Below are positions 39,214 to 48,971 of a DNA stretch of 64,000 nucleotides, one piece after another. Both the position numbers and the translations under genes were made by a program. The notes under the pieces were generated by a model. It was not told the DNA's origin. It saw nothing but the letters and a program-made list of their open reading frames with translations, and did not search any database. Within the stretch, counting starts at the first letter, position 1. Each line of letters opens with the position of its first letter. The stretch comes from an uncultured Gemmatimonadales bacterium (GTDB taxonomy: Bacteria > Gemmatimonadota > Gemmatimonadetes > Gemmatimonadales > GWC2-71-9), in contig CAMYLY010000013.1 of assembly GCA_947259405.1 (NCBI GenBank), positions 33,382-97,381 on the forward strand, read 5' to 3'.

Positions 39214-39936
39214 ATGGCCAACGTTCAAGAACTCACGATGCAGCACCGGCTCGTCGATTGGGTCTCCGGCCTCGATCCGGTGACCGTCGGCGCGACGTGG
39301 GTCCTGTTCCTCTTCGCACTCCCATTCCTCGAAGAGGGATTCGGACTCGAGACCCTGGTCGTGGGTGGGCTGATTGGTCTGCCGCTCGTCGTGTTGGGGT
39401 TTCTCGCCGTCTCGCGGCGCCGGGCAATTGCTGACCGGGACAACGCTCGACGTGCCACGCTCACGATCATGGCACTCCTCACTGGCATTGGGTTGGGCGC
39501 GGCAAACCTCGCGGCCAATGTCGGTTTGGCAGCAGCGGACGAGACCATCCGGGCGCTGCTCCTCGAGCATTTCGCGGAACCCTTGAGCTGGGCGAGGGTG
39601 GCCTCCGTTGCCGTCGTGGAGGAGATCACCTCCCGTCTCTTTCTGATGAGCGTCGTCGCGTGGATTGCTGCCCGATTCCTGAAGAACGCTCGCACGATCT
39701 TCCTCACCGCGCTGATCGTCTCCGCGTTCCTGTTCGCCGTGGGGCACCTGCCCGGCCGGCCCATGCCCCCTGACTCGGCGTTTGCCGCGCTCTACGCGTC
39801 CAGCGTCGTTCTGAAGAGCGGGGTGGCAGGTCTTGTGCTGGGTTGGGTTTTCTGGCGCTGGGGGCTTCCCTATGCGATGGTGTGTCACTTCCTCGCGAAC
39901 GGCGTGCACAAAGTGTTCGAGCTCATGCTGTTCTGA
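39214..39936 (+). CDS. CPBP family intramembrane glutamic endopeptidase (CAAX protease-like)
   Basis: 240-aa polytopic ORF. Motif 1 EEITSRLF (EExxxR) and motif 2 FAVGH (FxxxH). Confidence 0.85.
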   Translation: MANVQELTMQHRLVDWVSGLDPVTVGATWVLFLFALPFLEEGFGLETLVVGGLIGLPLVVLGFLAVSRRRAIADRDNARRATLTIMALLTGIGLGAANLAANVGLAAADETIRALLLEHFAEPLSWARVASVAVVEEITSRLFLMSVVAWIAARFLKNARTIFLTALIVSAFLFAVGHLPGRPMPPDSAFAALYASSVVLKSGVAGLVLGWVFWRWGLPYAMVCHFLANGVHKVFELMLF

Positions 39937-39975
39937 CCCACGACCGTCCTACCGTCCGTCCTTTTCAGCTCCTGC

Positions 39976-40320
39976 TTGCGCTTTTTTGCCTACCACTTTG
40001 GCGTCCCGTACATTCATCGTGTCCGGGAGAACGCGGCTGCGGCCGCATCGATCGGACCTCCGCAGGAGCATGTCGTGCCGGAACCGGCATTGGAAGAACG
40101 GGTCGCGAAACTGGAAGGTCGCGTGTCAGGATTTGAGGGCCATTTCGAGGCGATCTATCAAAGATTCGCCGCGATCGACAAGCGGTTCGAAGCGATGGAT
40201 CAGCGTGTCGAGCGTCGTTTCGACGCCCTCGACCAGAAGATCTCTCGGCACTTCGTGTGGCTGGTGGGGATTCAGGTATCTGTGCTTCTGGCGGTGGTCG
40301 CGGCGCTCGTAGGAGGCTGA
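39976..40320 (+). CDS. hypothetical tail-anchored coiled-coil membrane protein
   Basis: Heptad-like EERVAKLEGRVSGFEGHFEAIYQRFAAIDKRFEAMDQRVERRFDALDQKI followed by a C-terminal TM helix, WLVGIQVSVLLAVVAALVGG. The true start is uncertain (GTG at 40075 is possible). Confidence 0.45.
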   Translation: MRFFAYHFGVPYIHRVRENAAAAASIGPPQEHVVPEPALEERVAKLEGRVSGFEGHFEAIYQRFAAIDKRFEAMDQRVERRFDALDQKISRHFVWLVGIQVSVLLAVVAALVGG

Positions 40321-40468
40321 CGCCGAGGGTTCCCTCTACGTGAACATCATCTACTTGGTCAATCCGACGGCCTTCACGATCCGTTCGAAGTTTTCATCAC
40401 CTGGCCGACCGTTGACCGCGCGTTAAGTTGGCACGAGATCTTGCCCGCTGTTATCCCAGGAGTGACGC

Positions 40469-41362
40469 ATGCCCCGCAAGACCGCACACGACTACGACCA
40501 GGAACTCCTTGTCCTGTTCGACGCCTACGTCCACGGTGGGATCGATCGCCGGACCTTTCTCGACCGGGCGGCCAAGTTTGCGGTCGGTGGAGTCACCGCG
40601 GCGATGCTGCTCGATGAGCTGAGCCCCAAGTTCCTCGAGGCCCAGGTCGTCAAACCGGAGGATGCCCGGATTCAGCAAGAGTACATCGAGTTCGATTCGC
40701 CGGACGGCTATGGACGTGGGCGAGGGTACTTCGTCAACCCTGCCGGCGCTACCCGTCCACTCCCGGGCATACTGGTCATCCACGAAAATCGGGGGCTCAA
40801 CCCTCACATCGAGGACATCGCTCGGCGCTTGGCGCTCGACAACTTCGTGGCGTTTGCGCCGGACGCGCTCTTTCCCTTGGGCGGTTATCCAGGGACCGAA
40901 GACGACGCGCGTCAGCTGTTCCGGCAACTCGACCGCGCGAAGACCCAGCAGGACTTCATCGCTGCTGCCGCCTTCCTGCAAGGACGGCCGGAGTGCACCG
41001 GCCGTATCGGTGCGGTTGGATTCTGCTACGGGGGCGGCATGGTGAACTATCTCGCTACTCGGCTCGGCACGGAGCTGGCGGCCGGGGTCCCGTTCTACGG
41101 ATCAGCGCCCAATCTGGAGGACGTGCCGAACATCCGCTGCCCGATCATGGTGCAATCCGCCGAAAACGATCCGCGGATCAATGCGAGCTGGCCCGATTAT
41201 GAGCGTGCGCTGCAGGCGGCCGGGGTGAACTACCAGCGGCACCTGTACCCTGGCACGCAGCACGGATTCAACAACGACACCACGCCGCGGTATGACGAAG
41301 CGGCGGCCGCGTTAGCCTGGGAGCGGACCATCGCTTTCTTCAACGAGCACGTTCGTTTGTGA
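40469..41362 (+). CDS. dienelactone hydrolase family protein
   Basis: 297-aa ORF. Motifs ILVIHENRGLNPHIEDIARRLA, nucleophile elbow GAVGFCYGG and GTQHGF. Confidence 0.88.
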   Translation: MPRKTAHDYDQELLVLFDAYVHGGIDRRTFLDRAAKFAVGGVTAAMLLDELSPKFLEAQVVKPEDARIQQEYIEFDSPDGYGRGRGYFVNPAGATRPLPGILVIHENRGLNPHIEDIARRLALDNFVAFAPDALFPLGGYPGTEDDARQLFRQLDRAKTQQDFIAAAAFLQGRPECTGRIGAVGFCYGGGMVNYLATRLGTELAAGVPFYGSAPNLEDVPNIRCPIMVQSAENDPRINASWPDYERALQAAGVNYQRHLYPGTQHGFNNDTTPRYDEAAAALAWERTIAFFNEHVRL

Positions 41363-41474
41363 CCCCTGGCGGATGGGCGGGCAGGCGGTCGTCCAGCTTC
41401 CTCGTGGAAGAGGGAACGAGACGGCGAATTCCACGGTCAGGCCGGGAGCCCCGTCGGTCTATCAACGTGTCGAG

Positions 41475-42446
41475 TCACCGGACGGCGACGGGATTCCCCG
41501 GCGACCCAGTCGCCCCCTTGAGCCGGAGCGGCGCAAAGACGAACGCAAACTCGTAGACCTGGTCGGCCGCCAGCTGCTCAAGATCGAGGTTTTCGAGATT
41601 GTAGATCCCGTTGCGGTTCAGCAACCACTGGTGGGCTTCGAACGGACGGTCGGGATCTTCTCCGGGAACGGCTTCCACTGACGGTGTGTCGGCCCCGGTC
41701 ATCACGATGTTCCGCTCGATCAACCACTTGATGGCAGTAACGCCCGGCCCCGGATTCGACGCCGCGTAGGTTTCGTTGTCCCGCATCCACAACTGACCGT
41801 GTCCGGTCCGGAACAGGACCACGTCGCCCTCACGGATCTCCGTCCCCTGGCGCCGCAGCGTCCCCTGGATGTCTTCGACCGTGACGATGTAGGTCGGATC
41901 CAAGCGATCCAGCCCTTTGTACGCCGCGACATCCAGGAGCACCCCGCGGGTGAAGAACGGCGGCGCGTTCTCGACCCCGAGCTTGGAGAGCCCGTACGCC
42001 GTCCCGATGTCCGCCAGTTTGAACCCGTTGTAGAACACGTCGTCGGTGCCGACCCGGGTTCCTATATGCCCCAAGCCGTCGAACTGGGTACCCACCTGCC
42101 CGATCTCGGCCGTCACGAACTCGTCGTTGCCGACGATCTGGTTGGTGCCGAGGGGTCCGAGGGTGGGCCGCCCGGGAATGACGAGCTTGTACTGTCGGGT
42201 TCCGAACAGCGGCATTCCCTGCTCGTAGACGCGGCCCAGCTGATAGACCTCACCCTGCGTGATCAGGGCCGTGGCCTCGAGGACCTTCGCCGGAGTGAGG
42301 CGGTTGGCAGCGCCGCGCTGGTCGTCGGAACCCCAAGGCGAGGGCCACCACGTCGATCCGGTGGGTGTCTGGGCGCAGAGCGGGGTCGCGAGCGCCATGG
42401 CTACGATCAGTGCGCCCTGCGGGAGCAGCGTTGCGGTTCTCGGCAT
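41475..42446 (-). CDS. cyclase family protein (kynurenine formamidase-like), secreted
   Basis: 323-aa ORF. Signal peptide, DDQRGAANRLT and GTQFDGLGH. Confidence 0.85.
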   Translation of the reverse strand: MPRTATLLPQGALIVAMALATPLCAQTPTGSTWWPSPWGSDDQRGAANRLTPAKVLEATALITQGEVYQLGRVYEQGMPLFGTRQYKLVIPGRPTLGPLGTNQIVGNDEFVTAEIGQVGTQFDGLGHIGTRVGTDDVFYNGFKLADIGTAYGLSKLGVENAPPFFTRGVLLDVAAYKGLDRLDPTYIVTVEDIQGTLRRQGTEIREGDVVLFRTGHGQLWMRDNETYAASNPGPGVTAIKWLIERNIVMTGADTPSVEAVPGEDPDRPFEAHQWLLNRNGIYNLENLDLEQLAADQVYEFAFVFAPLRLKGATGSPGNPVAVR

Positions 42447-42559
42447 CGAACACCTCGAGGATGGAAGTGAAGTTGCGGGGCGCGGCCGTTCCTTCCACTA
42501 GTGGATGCGGACTACTGGCCACAGGCACGGAGAGCGAGCGATCCGGGAGGGACTCACTC

Positions 42560-42715
42560 GCTCTCTACGTTGTTGCGTAGACTCAACTACCGCTAGTCTG
42601 GACGGCGGAACTTGATCGGGAAGTTGCGAACCGGGGGGCGCGTCGTGAGCGAGCGCTGACCGACGGCGCGGTCACCCCCTAGCGGTCGCTCGCATAGATT
42701 CCAACCTTCCCATTC
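42560..42715 (+). repeat. diverged copy of the intergenic repeat family
   Basis: CTCTACGTTGTTGCGTAGACTCAACTACCGCTAGTCTGGACGGCGGAACTTGATCGG...CGTGAGCGAGCGCTGACCGACGGCGCGGTCACCCCC parallels the 60680 and 47674 copies (CTCTAAGTGATGTTGTGAC..GTCGGGACGGCGGGATTTGACGCGG..CGTGAGCGAGCGCC). Confidence 0.55.
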
Positions 42716-42740
42716 ACCCAGCGATCTAACGGGACACCCT

Positions 42741-44552
42741 ATGCGGACTATACGTATGTCGACCCAACGAACGCTCCTTCTCGCTCTCGCCCTTGGTACC
42801 TGCCTCGCAACGCCATCGCTTGTCCTGGGACAGGACGCGGTGCGTGTTCCGGGCAACGAGTGGATGCAGTATACCGACGTCACGCAGGCCGGCTTCGACG
42901 CCGACAAGCTCGCGGCGGCGCGCGCGACCTGGGAGGGATTACCCTCGTCCGCGTTCATGGTGATTGCCGACGGCGCTGTGGTGGCGTCCTGGGGCGACGT
43001 CGGGCGCCGGTTCATGTGCCATTCCGTGCGCAAGAGCTTCTTGACCGCTCTCTACGGAATCTACTGGGACCGTGGCGAGATCGAGCTCAACAAGACGCTC
43101 GCTGATCTTAGGATCGATGACGAGCCGGACCCGTTGCTGGAAGCCGAGAAGCGCGCGCGCATTCTCGACCTCCTGAAGGCGCGTTCGGGCGTGTTCCACC
43201 CCGCGGCGTATGCGGGGCGCACCGATTCACGACCGCGTGGCAGTGAGGGACCGGGTCGGTACTTCGCGTACAACAACTGGGACTTCAATACCGCGGCTAC
43301 GATCCTGATGCAGGAGACGGGAGACGACCTCTTTGAGGCGTTCGATCAGTACTTCGGCCATCCATTGCAGATGGAAGACTGGCGCGTCACGGACGCTTAC
43401 TACCACTACGAACGCGACAAGTCGATGTATCCCGCGTATCCGTTCCGCATGTCGGCCCGTGACGCGGCGCGATTCGGTCTTTTGTACGCTCGGCATGGGA
43501 TGTGGCACGATCGGCGCATCCTTTCCGAGCATTGGGTCCGTCGCAGCTCGGCCCTGTACTCGATCGACAGCGACATCATGGGCTACGGGTTCATGTGGTG
43601 GGTAATGCGCGAGCCGAGGTTCACCCATCACGGCATGTTCGCGGCCCTTGGTGTCGGTAACCAGATGATTGCTGTGCTTCCAGAGTCGGATATCGTCATC
43701 GTCAATCGCGCCAATACCTATGAGGGTGAGGGGACGCCGATGCGGCCATTGCTCGACCTCATCGAGCAGGTGTTGGACGCTCGAACCGGCACCGCAGTCG
43801 AAGAGCCCTCGCTCGCGCCGCTCGCGGTCAACTTGGATCCCAAGATGACGCGCGTTCCCAGCGACAAACTGACACAGTTCTTGGGGGAATGGGACTTTCC
43901 TGCTGCCGCGCTCGGACTCCCTGCGCCGACCACGGTGAAGATCACCGCCGGCGACGGCCATCTCGTCGGGTATGAACCGGAGTCGGGGACATTCAAGCTG
44001 TATCTCCAAGACGACGGCACACTGCACGAAGAGGACAGCCACAATCGTTTCGTGCCGATCCACGACGATGACGGCGCCTTTGCTGGTTTCGCGGATGTGC
44101 GATCCATTGCGTCAGCGGCAGTCATGGCAGCTGCCGACGGCGAGCGCGACCGTACCAACGAGCTGCTGGCCATGATAGCCGGCTTCGAAGGTGTGACGCC
44201 GGGAGTTTCGGGCGCCGTCGTCGATCTCCTGAGCGGCCAAACAGCGTCCGCCGAACACGCGGTGCAGGAGCTACGACAGCACTTTGATGCATCGGTGGTC
44301 GAGCTGGAGGTCAACGCCCTGGGCTACGTGCTGCTTCGCGGCCGTCGCATGGAACAGGCACTCGAGATCTTCCAGTTCAACACGCGCGCGTTTCCCGAAG
44401 CGTGGAACACGTGGGACAGCCTTGGCGAGGCGCATCTTCTCATGGGCGCGCATGACGAGGCGATCCGCGCGTATCAGCGATCCTTGGAGCTCAATCCGGA
44501 GAACGCGAACGCGGAGCGAATGATCGCGCAGCTACGCAGAGGACGGCGGTAG
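42741..44552 (+). CDS. beta-lactamase-fold serine hydrolase with C-terminal TPR region, secreted
   Basis: 603-aa ORF. S-x-x-K motif HSVRKSF. The C-terminus AWNTWDSLGEAHLLMGAHDEAIRAYQRSLELNPENA is TPR-like. Confidence 0.85.
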   Translation: MRTIRMSTQRTLLLALALGTCLATPSLVLGQDAVRVPGNEWMQYTDVTQAGFDADKLAAARATWEGLPSSAFMVIADGAVVASWGDVGRRFMCHSVRKSFLTALYGIYWDRGEIELNKTLADLRIDDEPDPLLEAEKRARILDLLKARSGVFHPAAYAGRTDSRPRGSEGPGRYFAYNNWDFNTAATILMQETGDDLFEAFDQYFGHPLQMEDWRVTDAYYHYERDKSMYPAYPFRMSARDAARFGLLYARHGMWHDRRILSEHWVRRSSALYSIDSDIMGYGFMWWVMREPRFTHHGMFAALGVGNQMIAVLPESDIVIVNRANTYEGEGTPMRPLLDLIEQVLDARTGTAVEEPSLAPLAVNLDPKMTRVPSDKLTQFLGEWDFPAAALGLPAPTTVKITAGDGHLVGYEPESGTFKLYLQDDGTLHEEDSHNRFVPIHDDDGAFAGFADVRSIASAAVMAAADGERDRTNELLAMIAGFEGVTPGVSGAVVDLLSGQTASAEHAVQELRQHFDASVVELEVNALGYVLLRGRRMEQALEIFQFNTRAFPEAWNTWDSLGEAHLLMGAHDEAIRAYQRSLELNPENANAERMIAQLRRGRR

Positions 44553-44778
44553 TCGTGCGGCGGGAGTTGACGCGGCGGCAACGGCAGGCGCGCGGAGGGC
44601 GGGATTTGACGCGGTGCGACCGCGAGCGCTGGCAGGTGCGACGCGAACAAAGCGGATGGAAGCAGAGGCCGCCGCCGATGCGACGAACACGTGGCGCGAG
44701 GGTGAGAGCCGAAGGCTCGATCCCGAGATTCATGCCGTACGCTGCCGTACGTCACGCCCCCGAAACGCACCCCCCTAT
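44553..44778 (+). repeat. composite copy of the intergenic repeat family (tandem 5' cores)
   Basis: GCGGCGGGAGTTGACGCGGCGG then GGAGGGCGGGATTTGACGCGGTGCGACCGCGAGCGC..GCGACGCGAACAAAGCGGATGGAAGCAG.. ending in CCCCCCTATCCCAT. It fills the convergent gap between two stops. Confidence 0.8.
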
Positions 44779-47033
44779 CCCATCAACACACCTATCTGCC
44801 GCGCGAACGGTTGGTCGTACACGCGTTTGCCCGTCGCTCGATACAGAGCATTGGCGAGGGCTCCCATGACGGGAGGAAAGGGCGGCTCCCCAAGGCCTGT
44901 CGGGTCGATCTCGTTCTGCACGAAGTGCACGTGTATCGCCTTGGGGGCTTCACCGTGACGGATGAGGCGGTACCGGTCGAAGTTCTGCTGGTCGGGCACC
45001 CCGTCCGTCAGGGTCAGGCCGCTGTACATCGCGTGGCCGATCCCGTCCACGATGCCACCCTCGGCGAGGTTGGTCGCGGCGAGCGGGTTGACGACGATGC
45101 CGCAGTCTATCGCACAGTGCACGTCTTGAATCACGGGCGTGCCGTCTTCCACCACCATGTCCAGGACCTGCGCCACGTACGTGTTATGGCAGAAGTAGGC
45201 GGCAACGCCCCGGTGCAGGTCGGTTTCGGCGTTGCCCCAGTCCGATTCGTCCCGCACCAGTTCCAGCACGCCGGCATAGCGAGCCGCGTCGTAGTCGTTG
45301 CGCTCGCCGACCGGGTTCGTCCTGGCCCGATCCAAGAGTTCGAGCCGAAGGGCGATGGGGTCTTTCCCCATCGTCTCGGCGACCTCGTCCAGGAAGGCCT
45401 GTTCGGCACCGGCGATGAAGTTGGACCTGGGCGCCCGAAATGCACCAATGGAAACGTTCGAGTCGATCGCCCACGCCTCGGCGAGGTAGTTGTCCACCGC
45501 ACCGGCCGGGAACCGATTGGCGAAGAGCGGGCTTTCCGGAATGCCGCCGGCCCGCACGTGTAAGGCAGTGAGGTTGTCGTCGGCATCGAACGCGGCCCGG
45601 TAGGTCGCATGGTAGGACGGGCGATAAATGCCGTACGTCATGTCGTCTTCGCGCGTGTACACCAGCTTGATCGGGGCGTTCATCTTCTGGGAAATGGCCG
45701 CCACCTCCACCAGGAAGTGCCCGTAGAGCCTTCGGCCGAACCCGCCGCCCATGCGCGTCATCTGGATGTCCACCCTGCCGAGCGGGAGGCCCAGCCGGGC
45801 CGCCACGCTCCTCTCCATGTGCTCCGGCGTCTGGACCGGTCCCGCGAGCTCCGCCGAGCGGTCCGTGACGTTGGCGAAGAAGTTCATCGGTTCCATGCAG
45901 TTGTGCGCGAGGAAGGGAGCGGTGTAGCTGCGCTCCAGCACGCGCGCCGCATTCGCGAACGCCGTCTCCGGGTCGCCATCCCTGCGGACCACGTTCGCTG
46001 AACGGGCACCCAGTTCCGCCATCTGCGCAGCGTGCGTCCGACTGTCCTCGAGCCCCGCCGGCATCCGTCGCGAGCTCTTCGCGCCGGTGATGTAGTGGGC
46101 GTACGTGTCCAAGTACTCGTCCGTCGCTTCCCACTCCAGCTGCAGGGCCTTCTTGGCGTTCATGACCTCCCACGTCGTGTTCCCGACCACCACCACCAGG
46201 TCCGTGAAACACGTGGCATCGAACATGTGCTTGTCGTAGTCGGGCTCGAACGTGTTAATGGTGAAGACGTCCCTGATACCCGGCATCGCCCGGGCCGCCG
46301 TGTCGTCCACCGACTTCAGTTTCATGCCGAACGCCGGTGGGTGGGCGATCATCGCGATCAGCATCCCGTCGCGCTGGTAGTCCAGTCCGAACAGCGGTTG
46401 CCCGGTCACGATCTTGTGGCCGTCCACGTTCGGTCTCGGTGTCCCGATGATCGTGAAGTCCTTGACGTTCTTGAGCTCGACTTCTTCGGGTATGGGACGT
46501 TCCGCCGCAGCCGATGCCAGAGCACCGAAGCTTGCCGACCTGCCGCTGCCGGGATGGCGTAGCACACCCGCCGCGGTCGTGACGTCGGCCGCGGACACAC
46601 CCCACGCCTGCGCCGCTGCTTCCCTGAGCATGTGTCTCGCCGCCGCGCCGGCCATACGCAGCCCCTGCCACCCCTGCCGGATGGACTGGCTGCCGCCGGC
46701 CAACTGCCGGGTGAAGATGTCCGTGTTGAGCGGGGCCTGTTCCACCACCACCTGGTGCCAGTCCACGTCCAGTTCTTCGGCCACGATCATGGGCATCGAG
46801 GTCTTCACGTTCTGCCCGATTTCCGGGTTCGGCGACATGATGGTGACCATGCCATCCGTACCGATCTTCACGAAGCCGTTGAGGTCGAACCATTCTTCCT
46901 GGACACGATCCAGCAAGTCGGTCGTCGGTTCGGAGCCGGCCAGCCAGCTGAAGCGGAGCATCATGCCGCCGCCCGCCAGCGCGGAGGCTTGCAGGAAGGT
47001 TCGTCGGTCGAGTGTCGTCTTAACGGTAGCCAC
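44775..47033 (-). CDS. molybdopterin-binding large subunit, TAT signal (pair 3)
   Basis: 752-aa ORF. TAT motif DRRTFLQASALAGGG. GGGFGRRL and GEPPFPPV are paralogous to the other two large subunits. Confidence 0.9.
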   Translation of the reverse strand: MATVKTTLDRRTFLQASALAGGGMMLRFSWLAGSEPTTDLLDRVQEEWFDLNGFVKIGTDGMVTIMSPNPEIGQNVKTSMPMIVAEELDVDWHQVVVEQAPLNTDIFTRQLAGGSQSIRQGWQGLRMAGAAARHMLREAAAQAWGVSAADVTTAAGVLRHPGSGRSASFGALASAAAERPIPEEVELKNVKDFTIIGTPRPNVDGHKIVTGQPLFGLDYQRDGMLIAMIAHPPAFGMKLKSVDDTAARAMPGIRDVFTINTFEPDYDKHMFDATCFTDLVVVVGNTTWEVMNAKKALQLEWEATDEYLDTYAHYITGAKSSRRMPAGLEDSRTHAAQMAELGARSANVVRRDGDPETAFANAARVLERSYTAPFLAHNCMEPMNFFANVTDRSAELAGPVQTPEHMERSVAARLGLPLGRVDIQMTRMGGGFGRRLYGHFLVEVAAISQKMNAPIKLVYTREDDMTYGIYRPSYHATYRAAFDADDNLTALHVRAGGIPESPLFANRFPAGAVDNYLAEAWAIDSNVSIGAFRAPRSNFIAGAEQAFLDEVAETMGKDPIALRLELLDRARTNPVGERNDYDAARYAGVLELVRDESDWGNAETDLHRGVAAYFCHNTYVAQVLDMVVEDGTPVIQDVHCAIDCGIVVNPLAATNLAEGGIVDGIGHAMYSGLTLTDGVPDQQNFDRYRLIRHGEAPKAIHVHFVQNEIDPTGLGEPPFPPVMGALANALYRATGKRVYDQPFARQIGVLMG

Positions 47034-47081
47034 GGTAGTTCTCGTTCGAATTGGTCGCGATCAGGGATATCAGGGTGGGCG

Positions 47082-47540
47082 TCACCGATTGTCTGCCGCC
47101 GTCTTGATGGCGGCGTGGATGCGCGTGTAGGTCCCGCAGCGACAGAGGTTGCCGCTCATCGCCCCGTCGATTTCGTCGTCGCTCGGCGACGGGTTCTGGG
47201 CCAGCAGTGCCGCGGCGGTCATAATCTGTCCCGCCTGGCAGTAGCCGCACTGTGGCACATCGTGTCCGAGCCATGCTTCCTGCACGGGATGGGTACCCTC
47301 CGGCGACAGCCCTTCGATCGTCGTCACCGGCTGATCCCCTACAATCGACACCGGCAAGATGCACGAGCGAACGGCCACGCCGTTCAGGTGGACCGTGCAG
47401 GCGCCGCACTGGGCGATGCCGCATCCATACTTGGTCCCCACCAACTGCAGGTGATCCCGCAGGACCCAGAGCAGGGGGGTATTCGGATCGACGTCTACGT
47501 CGACGTCATTGCCGTTGACAGAAAGCGTGAGCCGTGACAT
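47082..47540 (-). CDS. (2Fe-2S)-binding small subunit (IorA-like, pair 3)
   Basis: Start at [11 protein letters not shown] (ATG 47540). Motifs [12 protein letters not shown] and [19 protein letters not shown]. Confidence 0.9.
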   Translation of the reverse strand: MSRLTLSVNGNDVDVDVDPNTPLLWVLRDHLQLVGTKYGCGIAQCGACTVHLNGVAVRSCILPVSIVGDQPVTTIEGLSPEGTHPVQEAWLGHDVPQCGYCQAGQIMTAAALLAQNPSPSDDEIDGAMSGNLCRCGTYTRIHAAIKTAADNR

Positions 47541-47673
47541 AGAGGCAGTGGATTGGAGTGAGGGACGTGTGCGTGACGGGTAGTCATGTGATTGCAATAT
47601 AGCTGCGCGAAGCTTGCGATGATCAGGACTCCCTGCGGATGTCAGCGCCTACGTCGTCGATCTACGCTTCGGA

Positions 47674-47845
47674 AACGGCCGCTCAATGAACGGTCGCCTC
47701 GAAACTCATTGTAATGTTGTGATCTTCAGCAATCGCGACGGCGGGATTTGACGCGGCGTGAGCGAGCGCCGCACGGCGCAACGCGAACAGCGCGGATGGA
47801 AGCAGCGGCTGGCGCGGGTGCACCTGGAATGGGAGATTCCTCATC
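47674..47845 (+). repeat. long copy of the intergenic repeat family
   Basis: AACGGCCGCTCAATGAACGGTCGCCTCG..GTAATGTTGTGATC..CGCGACGGCGGGATTTGACGCGGCGtgagcgagCGCCGC..ACGCGAACAGCGCGGATGGAAGCAG. Located in a divergent promoter gap. Confidence 0.85.
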
Positions 47846-47880
47846 GACTCCTGGACACTCAAGTGGAGGCTCGAACGACC

Positions 47881-48759
47881 ATGTCACGACTCTTACTCGT
47901 CATCGGCCTCGGGCTTCTCTGCCCGATTCCTTCCGGCGCGCAGAACACCGCACCGCGGATCATCGCCTTCGGTGCACATCCGGACGACGCGGAGCTCGAG
48001 GTGGGAGGCGTCGCCGCGCTCTGGGCACAAGAGGGGGCCAGGGTGAAGCTCGTCTCGATGACGAACGGCGATATCGGTCACTTCGAGATGGCGGGCGGAC
48101 CGCTCGCCCAGCGCCGCCGCGCCGAAGTGCAGGCATGCGCCGACATCTTCGGCGTCACGACGGAGGTGCTCGACATCCACGACGGCGAGCTGATGCCCAC
48201 GCTCGAGAATCGTCGGACGGTTGCGAGGCTCATCCGCGACTGGCAGGCCGATATCGTGATGTCCCACCGTCGCTATGACTATCACGCCGATCACCGCTAC
48301 ACCGGCGAGCTCGTGGAAGATGCGGCGGTCGTGGTCGTGGCGGCCTTCTTCGATCCGTATTCCCCACGCCTCGAGCGGAACCCCATCATCCTTCACTATC
48401 CGGATGATTTTCAGAAACCGTACCCCTTCCAACCCGACTTCGTGGTGGGTATCGACGATGCGGTGGAAAAGAAATGGGACTGCATCCGTGCGATGCCGTC
48501 ACAGTTTGCGGATGCGGGCTCGTGGCAGGCGCGGTATCTGCCCGACGTTCCGGACGGCCCCGTGGAGCGACGGGAGTACATCCTCGAGGTCGTCAAGCGC
48601 CGGTATGAGGAGCAGGCGAACCGCTACCGCGATCGCCTGATCGAACTCTACGGCGAGGAACAAGGCCGCGAGATCAAGTACGCCGAGGCGTTTGAGATTT
48701 GCCAGTACGGGCGCCAGCCGACGATCGACGAATTGAAACAGCTATTCCCCACGTTTTGA
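47881..48759 (+). CDS. PIG-L/LmbE family deacetylase, secreted
   Basis: Start at MSRLLLVIGLGLLCPIPSGAQ (signal peptide). Motif AFGAHPDDAELEVGG. The track ORF starts upstream, inside the repeat. Confidence 0.85.
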   Translation: MSRLLLVIGLGLLCPIPSGAQNTAPRIIAFGAHPDDAELEVGGVAALWAQEGARVKLVSMTNGDIGHFEMAGGPLAQRRRAEVQACADIFGVTTEVLDIHDGELMPTLENRRTVARLIRDWQADIVMSHRRYDYHADHRYTGELVEDAAVVVVAAFFDPYSPRLERNPIILHYPDDFQKPYPFQPDFVVGIDDAVEKKWDCIRAMPSQFADAGSWQARYLPDVPDGPVERREYILEVVKRRYEEQANRYRDRLIELYGEEQGREIKYAEAFEICQYGRQPTIDELKQLFPTF

Positions 48760-48971
48760 GGAGACGCGGCGGCCGGCCATGCGGTTGATGTCGGTTGGTG
48801 GATCACGTCGGGACCATCGGAGGACTTCTCCATGCCCACCAGACATCATGCGACTATTTTATGGTGGTGTCGTGGCATGGAAACAACACGTGCACCGGAT
48901 CATGCCTACATGGGTTCGGCCGGGCGTGCGGGCGCCGACAGGCGGCCTGATGTGATTCGGTCACCCTGCAC

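Noticed and set aside
39106-39909. 267-aa minus-strand ORF antisense to the CPBP protease gene
   Set aside because: The plus-strand frame has both CPBP motifs and hydrophobic helices. The antisense translation is charged low-complexity sequence.
40335-40400. Possible ninth, heavily decayed repeat copy (CTCTACGTGAACATCATCTACTTGGTCAATCCGACGGCC)
   Set aside because: Only the leader part aligns loosely with CTCTAAGTGATGTTGTGACTTACTTGAGTCGGGACGGC. The core and 3' modules are absent. I mention it in finding 1 but do not annotate it.
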